Made by a program: the position numbers and the translations under genes
From: Octopus bimaculoides
Lineage: Eukaryota
Assembly: GCF_001194135.2 (NCBI RefSeq)
Contig: NC_068984.1
Coordinates: forward strand, 107,735,741 to 107,767,977
Length of the DNA: 32,237 bases
Direction: 5' to 3'
The notes under the pieces: model-generated
The model's database searches: none
The model's input: the letters and a program-made list of their open reading frames with translations, nothing else
Told to the model about the DNA's origin: nothing
Shown here: positions 22,761 to 32,237 of the stretch, piece after piece
How the letters are laid out: the number at the start of each line of letters is the position of its first letter
Numbering within the stretch: the stretch's first letter is position 1

Positions 22761-23094
22761 CAATGTCAATACATATGTCAATAAATGTTATAATATGTTT
22801 TTTTCTGTTAAATATATACTCAATGTGTGCTTAATATATCTCATTAACTTTCGTTTTCTGAAAAAGAAATGGCTATTTTCATTCAAAGGTTATTAGCGTA
22901 GTTCACCCAGAAACTGAAGAATCTGAAATTAAAAAAAAGGACGTTACACAGAATAATGAAAACATAACAACAGTGTTGCCATAGTGTGCAAACCAACTGG
23001 GAAGAGTTTTATCGAAATCGATTCACAGAAAACCGAAAAATCCAAAATTTCACTCCTAAACTATTAGCGTGGTTCTGGGTGCACATACATAGAT

Positions 23095-23113
23095 ACACAC
23101 ACACACACACACA

Positions 23114-23145
<32 letters not shown>

Positions 23146-23195
23146 TACACACACACACACATACATACATGCATGCATACATACATACATACATA
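23095..23195. repeat. (AC)n/(ATAC)n microsatellite
   Basis: Directly visible. Confidence 0.95.
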
Positions 23196-23569
23196 GGTAA
23201 TTTTCATGTTCAACGACTTAACGTCGAAAAAAATGTTTCTCAAATACCAAACCTTTGCAACGATGGTCTGTCTGTCTCTCATGTTTCACAAAACGATAGC
23301 TACAAATAGCTAGATATTGATAAACATATATCATATAAAGGTGTTGTGAACAAAAATAAAACAACCAAAAAAAGAAATTTTATAACCAAATAAAAAAATC
23401 TATGGCTGACAGGGTTTTCTCTTTAAAAGGTTATACACCAAATTGCATTTGCAGTACCAGTACTGTATTAACATTTAGCATATCGATTGGCCATATGATG
23501 AAATGTGCTCTGTAGACATCAAAACGTGCAAGATACTAACATCAACTGCAATCTTCCACGGACATTGAA

Positions 23570-23727
23570 ATTTTGGTTTAAAATTTTGACATTAAGCAGG
23601 TAATTTGGGGAGAGGATAGGTCGAGTACGTCGACCACGGTGGAGTTTGAACTCAGAACACAAAGACGGGTGAAATGCCTCTAAGCATTTCACCTGGCACG
23701 CTAACGATTCTACCAGCTTGCCGCCCT
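23570..23727 (-). mobile_element. Meta-like SINE with internal deletion
   Basis: Contains GTCGACCACGGTGGAGTTTGAACTCAGAAC..GAAATGCCTCTAAGCATTTC..CTAACGATTCTACCAGC (reverse-complement tRNA head). The body is shortened, joined at GTCGA. Confidence 0.7.
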
Positions 23728-24341
23728 AGGAGGGTGGTAATATTAACATGATGTGTAGCCTGTCTTGGAGAGACTAGACATTTCGAAGAGTATACTATTG
23801 CAATTCAAGAAAAGGAGATATCTACGAAAGTTCTGATCAACACATGGGACGATGAAGCTCTTAATCTCCCAATATACAACCACAAGTATCGATTATGTCA
23901 GTCTTCAGTGGAAGATATATAACATATGTAATCAGCAGCTGTCCCCAAATTTCATTCAGATACTACCTCCCACTGAGACATTATGTTCATACTAAAACAA
24001 TATCCACTACGTCCTTTGGAAAAACTACTCCGTGATAAATAAAAACAACTTTTCTCCTACGAAATACAGCATAAGTAATAATGGTGGAACATTCCTATGA
24101 AAATTTCTACCAAGTGCAAACATAATAGATTACACGTATCTATTTGTGACAGAAAAGAAAAGTCATGTACAACCATAGTAGCTAGCTATCCTGCAGATGT
24201 GACATAATCCTTCCTGCTGTTCCCAAACGAACGAGAATGAATATGTCTCTGGACAACTGCTTTAAAACGTGCAACTCTTCCACCTTATAAATTTATATCC
24301 ATAGCAATGCTCATTTATGTTTGTAAATAGCTAAGCCACAA

Positions 24342-24380
<39 letters not shown>

Positions 24381-24394
24381 TCCTTTTTGGGATT

Positions 24395-24428
<34 letters not shown>

Positions 24429-24559
24429 CATACAAACATACGAACATACGTATCTGCAAACCAACGAGCGAGCTGCAACGCGGTGGCTGGATCTGATAGA
24501 AATAACAGTTCAAATGTTATGGTTTTAAAATAGGAAAATACACTTTAAAGAATAAATAA

Positions 24560-24710
24560 TTTCTTACTCAGGCATAAGAACAGTAATCTGGAGTGGAATT
24601 ATAAGACCTCAGTACTTAACCAGTGCTTTATTTTAGTAAATTCTGGAAGGATAAAAGGCAATGTTGACCTCAGTGGGATTTTAATCCGAAACATAAAGAC
24701 ACAGAACAAG
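24560..24710 (-). mobile_element. Old, diverged Meta-like SINE
   Basis: CCTCAGTACTTAACCAGTGCTTTATTTTAG..GAAGGATAAAAGGCAATGTTGACCTCAGTGGGATTTTAATCCGAAAC resembles 10630-10715. Confidence 0.5.
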
Positions 24711-24764
24711 TAACACAAGTTGATTACATAGGACACTTTAAATTATAAAATTACACACACACAT

Positions 24765-24771
24765 ACACTCA

Positions 24772-24810
<39 letters not shown>

Positions 24811-25065
24811 ACAAACACACACACACATACACATATATATGTATGTATACATAAATATATGCATATATATATAGATGCATGAATATATATATATGTGCAT
24901 GTATACATAAATATATACATATATATGTGTGTATATATATATATATACATACATATACACACACATCATGCGTGTATGTGCGCGCGCGCGTGTGTGTGTG
25001 TGTGTGTGTGTGTGCGTGCGTGTGTGTGTGTGTGTATGTGTGTGTGTGGGTGTGTGTGCGTGCGT
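24765..25065. repeat. Compound (AC)n-(AT)n-(GC)n-(GT)n alternating purine-pyrimidine tract
   Basis: Directly visible; about 300 bp. Confidence 0.9.
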
Positions 25066-25599
25066 ATAAAGTGCAAAAGTACAGTTGTGATGTCACACAG
25101 GTTCAGAATTGTCAAAGATGATAGCGTGCTAAAACAACAAGATCAGCAATATTAGTAACAAGAACAACAATGACACAGCAATAATAATCTACATTAGATA
25201 TTACCGTAACAATATCAATGATCATAGATATGATAAATCAGGCTTGACTGGTGGGTGAAGTTTAAACAACATCAATGACAGCAACAACAACATAAACATA
25301 AACAATGACGTACATTGATATAAAAATGTAAACGACTCAAGAGTCTTGAAGAAAAACAACCGATTTCTGAAGTGTCGTTTTAAGTATTTCATGATAACTA
25401 TCATATGTTGAAACATGCCTTTCCTTATTTATTTGATTTCATTTGTTTGTGTTCAAGTGTTCAAGGCTGGAGCAATGTCTATATATCTATCAGTACGGTT
25501 GTACTCGGTCGAGGACAAATTACTGATTTGCTGATATATATATAAATATATACAAACATACATATATCCATAAATATGTATATTACCTGTAAATCCCAA

Positions 25600-25760
25600 A
25601 GCGGTGCAGGTGCATAGCATTCTGGACAGGTATGTTAGGCTCACAGTCATGTCATAAGTTCGTGGGTTCGATTCCTGCGTCGGGTAGCAAAACACAACAT
25701 TTCAAATTGTTCCAGTCTGCTCAGCTACAGATGAGTACCAGCCGATTACTGATTCAACCA
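25600..25760 (+). mobile_element. tRNA-derived SINE fragment
   Basis: B-box GTGGGTTCGATTCCTG at ~25662-25677, followed by GTTCCAGTCTGCTCAGCTACAGATGAGTACCAG, a SINE core-domain-like segment. Confidence 0.5.
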
Positions 25761-26789
25761 TCTCTCCTTCTTCTTCCTTGATGTTCCATTAGGTCGGAAA
25801 TGAAAAGGACAGAGAGGGTCTATGGCTGCTCGCGACTACACAGACCCCTAAAACAGTTGGAAAAAATATCGTACAAGCTAATAGATCATATTCACTTGCG
25901 CGTTACGGTTGAGCACAATCTGAAATGAATTGACATACAAGGCCACATCTTACCTAAACATCAAATTTCATCCTCTTTTTCAGGATACTTGCATAATACA
26001 AGTATTCATAGTCACGTGGTTAGACAGTTTGATTTGTAGTCACATGTGTCCGAATTCGAACCAGACTGTAACAGGATAAGCTCGCGCATTCCAATATCTA
26101 CAATATCTTTTGAGTTAAAACAAAAGTTGTAATTTGAAATTTCGAAGAAAACTATGCAAAAACATGTACTCGTTCTTGGTCGCTAGACCTAATTGGTCTT
26201 CTGGCCCTTAAGAGCCACTTGCTGAGTCTGTTTTCCTTTTTTGGCAAAAATTGGGATCTGAACTCTAGTCAAAAAAATTGTAATGATTTCTTCCTCAATT
26301 TTCTATTCCAGTGTAAAGATCCTATAAAGTCGTGAATCCTTCCTTTCTCAGAAAAATGCACGCACATAAAATAAGAGCAAACTGTACTTTCAGTTTGTCG
26401 ATTCAACCCTCATTGTAAACGCCAAAATTCGATTTGCAAACATAATCCTTCGAAATCTTGATTTGTTTAATGTCCAATGTTGCAGTCTGAGGTTACGTTG
26501 ACCCGGTGGGAGCTTAAGTTTTTCATTTATTTATTTATTTATCTATTTATTAATATATTGAACATAACTGAAAAATAGTTATTTCAACACTGCTAGTTTA
26601 TTCATGCAGTCCCAAGTATTCAACCAGTTACACTTTAAATTTATCATCAGGACATTGTGCATGTGTGTGTGTGTCTATGTGTCTGTCTATGTGGCTGTGT
26701 GTGTATACACACACATGTATATATAAGGATAAAATATATTATTTAATGTTACTACGTATAGTAAATACGTGATTATATAAATGATGATG

Positions 26790-27018
26790 CTTTTACTCTC
26801 TCTCTCCCTCTCCATTCGTCTCTTTCATCCTCTCTCTCTTCCCCTTTCTCTCCCTCTCCCTCCCCCTCTCTTACTATCTCCCTCTCTCGCTTCCGCTCTC
26901 TCTCCTTCTCTCTCNNNNNNNNNNNCTCTCTCTTCCCCTTTCTCTCCCTCTCCCTCCCCCTCTCTTACTATCTCCCTCTCTCGCTTCCGCTCTCTCTCCT
27001 TCTCTCTCCCTTTCTCTT
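26790..27018. repeat. CT-rich polypyrimidine tract with ~80-bp duplication around an 11-N gap
   Basis: An identical CTCTCTCTTCCCCTTTC...CGCTTCCGCTCTCTCTCCTTCTCTCTC lies on both sides of gap 26915-26925. Confidence 0.9.
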
Positions 27019-27165
27019 TGTTGAAACAGCTGTAGGGAACAGTTATATTATGAATCACCTGTGGAGTTTGGGCTTTTCTATGTTTTTCTATTCTAAAAAC
27101 ACGCATGCTTTTTATTATTCTTGAGGGGATATTAAAAAGGTAAATTTTATGATATAAATAAAATG

Positions 27166-27343
<178 letters not shown>

Positions 27344-27589
27344 AAAAACAGAATTTCTCAATTATGTTTTTCACTACCTGAAAACTGTTCTTAGAGAAGC
27401 GACCTTTTTTAAATGAAAACATTTATATCGTCAAAGGGCAAAATTTTAAGCATGGAGGACAGAAGAAAAGCTGAGTGAGACAAACATTAAAAAAGGACGA
27501 ATTTGTATGACTTTATTCAGAAAAAGAGCGTTAATTTGGTGGATGAAACAAAGGAAGAAAGGGAGGTGTCTTATTAGATTGGGGTGAGA

Positions 27590-28740
27590 GTTTATCAATC
27601 CTAAAGCGATATTTGGTATTTGCCAATGTTTACGCCAAATATTCCTTGTTTGGAATGGTACTAATAATTTGATATTTTTATATGAAATTAAATTTGTAGC
27701 CAGAATTAAATGTTTTTTAATGAATATATCATAAAAAGGTACATTCAACATTAATATTCTTTTTTTCTAATTCCGATTAATGTTCTGAAGATACATCTAT
27801 CTTCCATGTGTTAACAGCGATCTATAGAGAGAACCAGATGATTTTCTTTTATGCTTATTTAAATCAAGAGACATGAAACGTATGCTCGCTACCTCTAATT
27901 ATGAGATTCATTGAATTAATGAGGCAAGGAGTCAATGGTCTGAAAAAAATAATAACAAATTTTAGCCGTGTCAAAGGTTTCATAAACATAAGGCAACATA
28001 GTTTACTGGTGAAAGATAATAAACAGATATTTTTGGAAAGTTTTGGTAGTGACATAATTACACATCCGTGAAATTAATTTGGTTATCGATAACTTTCGAT
28101 TATCGATAACATTGTACAGTCCCTACACAGTGTTCATGATAAGAAATATTAAAGTTGCTAGTGATGATGGAAAATTTGGTAAGGCACGAACAACTTTTAA
28201 ATCTCATTAGCAAAAATATGATCGAATGGAAACAGGCATTGGTCTGCACACGACTGGTACGCGAAATGTAACTCATATTAAAGGAATTTATAAAGAACTT
28301 GAGGTGGTGATATATTAGGCAATTAGGAAGTCTAACCAACCGTTGCCAGTCTAGTAGGTCAACATTCTAGAAGGTCTTAGTCATTAATTAGTTGTTTGTA
28401 GAACTCAATATTGGGTAAGTTGCATGTGAATATGAGAATGACTACAATAATAATAAGTTTCCATGTGTTTTACTACTTGGGAGATTACCATTCACATATG
28501 TACAACAATTATCTAAATTTGACAGCATACATGACCTGGGGAGTATGGTAGTTACAAATCTTCATTGCATAAAATATTTTAGTTATAAATGTAATACTAG
28601 TCTTTTAATTTTAAAAACAGAATAAAGAGAAAGATCGATAATACCCTATAACAGACAGTTCTGTGTAGCTGCTTGGAATTCAATATCCCATCATTTATAA
28701 CAGTCAGTGAAATCTTCTGGTACCTTCGACACAACGATTT
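27590..28740 (+). mobile_element. Highly decayed CR1/L2-like LINE RT remnant
   Basis: Motifs are visible only with indels allowed: (D)IW.(L)ANVTPIF at ~27610-27650, SDDGKF at ~28160, LLNLISK..KQALVCTRL at ~28195-28255, DSIHDLG at ~28522-28545 and VAAWNSI at ~28663-28690. Confidence 0.45.
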
Positions 28741-29417
28741 AGCGAGAAAATTCACAAAACTTACTTTCAAGCAAGCCTACTGACTATTTGGCTACACACC
28801 AGTTAATCTGATTGGTCGAACTATGTTTACGCAGACGTTCATGTTGCTTTTTATTTTTTTTTACTCCCTTTATGGAACTGTTATAACTTACATTGTATGT
28901 TTGAAGTACTAAGTCATTAGGTTTTATAGAATTCACTTTCGAAGAATAATGGAACAATAACATGGGTTCAGAAAATTTCAAATGGCTGCAGTTGTGCACA
29001 ATATCTACCACCTAACTGTCACTGACAACGGTGAAGCTTCTGATTATTTTTTCCCGTTAGCAAAATAGTCAACACTTTCAGAAACAATACTTCATTTTCG
29101 ATTAAAGAACAATTTCGCAGATCAGTAACGCTTATGTAGGGCAGTGTTTCTAAGAGGAGTTGGGTGGTCGAGACCTATAAAACCTGGAAATGATTGCCGT
29201 GATTACATAAAATGAAACGTGCAGAAGACGTTCCTGCTTTGGCAATTATAACTACGAGATGCAAAAGCTGTCTGCAAGCGAAAGGTGACATGCAAATTGC
29301 TTTTAATATGCATTCAATCCAGGGTCGATGAGCTCATTAATAAATATAGCAAAAAATAATATATCTTAGATTTCTGCGTATTTCACTTTGAGCTAATATA
29401 CTAATATTTATTGTATA

Positions 29418-29603
29418 TTTTATCTTTTACTTGTTTCAATCATTTGACTGTGGCTATGCTGGGGCACCGCCTCGAGAGGTTTTTACGTCTGGTACTTATT
29501 CTATCGGTCGCTTTTGCCGAACTACCAAGTTACGTAAACACACCAAGACCAGTTGTCAAGTGGTGGCTGGGGACAAACACAGACACAAAGACACACATGT
29601 ATA

Positions 29604-29677
<74 letters not shown>

Positions 29678-29867
29678 CCTCTCTCTGTATACATATATAT
29701 ACACACACACATACGACGGGCTTATTTCAGTTTTCGTCTGCCAAATCCACTCACAAGGTTTTGGTCGGCCCCATGCTATAGTAGAAGGCCAAGATTCCAC
29801 GCAATAGAACTGAACCCAGAACCATGTGATTGAAAAGCAAGCTTTTTACCACACAGTCACGCCTGCG
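29418..29867 (-). mobile_element. Full-length tRNA-derived SINE (family of 10091-10472) with expanded internal (CT)n
   Basis: Reverse complement runs from the head GCAGGCGTGACTGTGTGGTAAAAAGCTTGC..GGTTCTGGGTTCAG through the body to ..ATGATTGAAACAAGTAAAAGATAAAA. The internal microsatellite is at ~29600-29712. Confidence 0.9.
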
Positions 29868-31938
29868 TCTATGTCCAATATTTAAAACTTGCTTAATACA
29901 GTGTCGAAGATAAATTGGATGCAAACTTTATGTTGTCTTCTCATTGACAAAAGGAGCGAGGCGAAATATTTCAATAACATTTGGGGATTTGTTGGAAGTG
30001 TCATTCATAGGTTTGAGAGCCACTGGTAAAATTGGAATGTACATACGAACCAAAAATCTATAATTTCCAACCTGATGCACCAGAAGCACTGTTCTCTTTA
30101 AGCTGTCAGCGTGTTCGCACGCACATGACTTACAACCAGTAAACAAAAGATATTAATGACTGTGTAAAAGGTTGGTTGCCTAAAATAAAGGAGCAATTAG
30201 TAATTATACTTCTTATAGATTCAGTCCGCACGTACTTTTGACACTTGTAAAACCTAGTCCGATGCAATATTAGTTGGACACATTGGCTACTAAGAATTGG
30301 AGATCGAGTTCCTTCTTGTTTGATTAACTTGTAGCAACATCACCTAACCACACTTCCTCACAAGACACAGTTCAAATCACAGTTACAACCTCCTATCGTT
30401 CTGTAGTCACAGCTTCTCAAATACACAGCCACCCAGTTTGACTAATGTACACTGCTAAATTTTCATAATTATGTAAATATTTGGAGATTCAGAGATAAAG
30501 GACTGACCCAATCATCATAGAGACTTTGTTAGAGCCTAAATATTTGAAACGGTCCAATGTGCTGACATTTCCGTCAGAGATATTCCACATCCCATGCGAA
30601 TGTATCGTACATACTTTCAAGTTGTACTCAATTGCGAGTTTTATTTATATAATCTCTCCAAAGATGAGCTCACAGTGAGAAGTCATCACTGAATATTCGA
30701 GTGAACTGATAGATTCCGTTTTAAGAAATCTTTCGATAAGCTAGTCAAATCAGTTCAGTAGCTCTAACAAAATACATTTATTTAACGAGTGAATAAGATT
30801 ACCACACAAGTATTCATAATTCGAATCCTTTGGTCACGATTTAGAGCCAAATTTATATTCATTTTAAAATGTTCTATTGCATCATCGAGCAAATTTTGCA
30901 TGCTTATTTTAAAATTCAATAATTTGCGATTACTGATCGTCAAAATCAACGGAAAATTCATCTCATATTAGCATATCTAGTGAAAATTGTTAGCAAATTT
31001 GCAAGCTTAACAAATCCAATCATAGTTTTGGAATTTATCTGATGCCAAGTATTAGTTTGAAATAAATTACGCATTTCTGTCATTAACATAAAATTTATGT
31101 AAGCAAATTTTGAGTGTCATTACCTTTACAGATGACATATAATGATAAGAATGTTGAAACTCTGCTGTATGCTTCATATGGACAATTGAAAGAAATTAAG
31201 AATTCAAAGGCTGAAAAACAGTCACATATATAAGGATATCACATGAAATATTAATAGCATTTATACTTGTGTAGTAAAACCAAGATGCGCTTCGCATTTA
31301 TTGAAATAAAGAAAAATAAAGATAAATTCAAGCTAATTCTTGGTCTTAGTGTTGACTATCAATACTAAACTGGAATAAACGACTTAAATTTTTCTTTACA
31401 AGTAACTAAACCGTACTTTATAAACTATTACAATTCTCAAGACTGATTTCTATTACGTGGGAGACAGAGTAAAATAATCTTAAGCTTAAATGTGAAGACA
31501 TACTAGTCGCTCGTTTTGCATCACGTTAGCTGTCGTATGCATATTTAGAAAAAGAAAAAGGCGTTGCTTTGATGGTTCCGTGATAGAAACTATAGCTTCT
31601 CATGATTCGTCTTAAATTTCAATTAAGCTGCAAAAATTCGGTGTTTTGTGTCCTATCAATATTTGTGCATCGTATGTCCTACAACTGTATTTCTCAACAG
31701 ATCAGTCCACCAACTTATAAGTAGCTAACATACATTCCTGTATCTCATCGATCAAAAACGTGGAAGCACTATTCAATTGATAAGGATTTGATAAGGATAT
31801 GAGAACTTCTACGTCTTAATATTGACTTTGTGGGGAAGATCAATAGAAAACTCAAATGCCATAATATTCTATACTAAACAAATATCACCAACAGATTCAT
31901 CTGAACTACAGTTCGTACTGAGAACATAATCAGCAAAG

Positions 31939-31939
<1 letters not shown>

Positions 31940-31984
<45 letters not shown>

Positions 31985-32237
31985 GTTCAGTATTTTATTT
32001 TTATAACGTGCTTTCACTTCACTACCGAGCGCAGCTCTGTGCGCCTTGGGTATGTGCTGTGGTTTGCTGTGGTGCTCTTATGTTTACTGTATTGAAAGTG
32101 TTTTGCGTAGAATGTGTGCAGTACCCAGTAGTGCGATTTTCTGTATGTTATATATATTTGTAAGTCCTGCTATTTTTGTTATGTATTTGTCTGAATATTT
32201 TTTTATTATACCTAAGGCACCTATTATGATAGGAATT
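31940..32237 (-). mobile_element. 3' end of R4/Dong-clade LINE (RLE domain C-terminus, 3'UTR, (TAA)n tail); continues beyond window
   Basis: Minus strand 32236-32084 reads IPIIIGALGIIKKYSDKYITKIAGLTNIYNIQKIALLGTAHILRKTLSIQ*, the canonical R4/Dong C-terminus. A ~100-nt UTR follows, then (TAA)15 at 31940-31984. Confidence 0.9.

Larger units (their letters stand above)
2026..26925. other. Assembly gaps at 2026-2469, 3984-4105, 8125-8143, 8969-9958, 11080-11997, 17540-18146, 26915-26925
   Basis: N runs, mostly flanked by dinucleotide microsatellites or SINE sequence. Confidence 1.

Noticed and set aside
23770-24040. Possible CR1-like LINE 3' remnant (LERL..KRR..LINT..W..LP)
   Set aside because: Needs multiple frameshifts; too weak to call.
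26830-27010. Exact ~80-bp duplication in the CT tract (H-DNA candidate)
   Set aside because: Identical copies flank an 11-N gap; most likely an unmerged contig overlap.

Overview
AT-rich eukaryotic, repeat-dominated sequence with seven N-gaps and dense (TA)n/(CA)n/(CATA)n/(AGAT)n microsatellites. The SINE families present match those I recognise from octopus genomes, so Octopus is inferred but not proven. No intact host gene is supportable; most ORFs in the track are microsatellite or N-gap artefacts. Recognisable content: three decayed Tc1-type transposons, a near full-length but disrupted pogo-type (DD35D) transposase, two R4/Dong-clade LINE fragments, a decayed CR1-like LINE, about ten tRNA-derived SINE copies and three MITE/foldback elements. 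The most interesting signal is a ~436-bp tandem direct repeat (4110-4885). Each unit carries a type I hammerhead ribozyme motif on the minus strand, with a long stem II and a palindromic or near-palindromic minimal stem III, i.e. a retrozyme/Penelope-pLTR-like arrangement that could release a ~438-nt monomer RNA.
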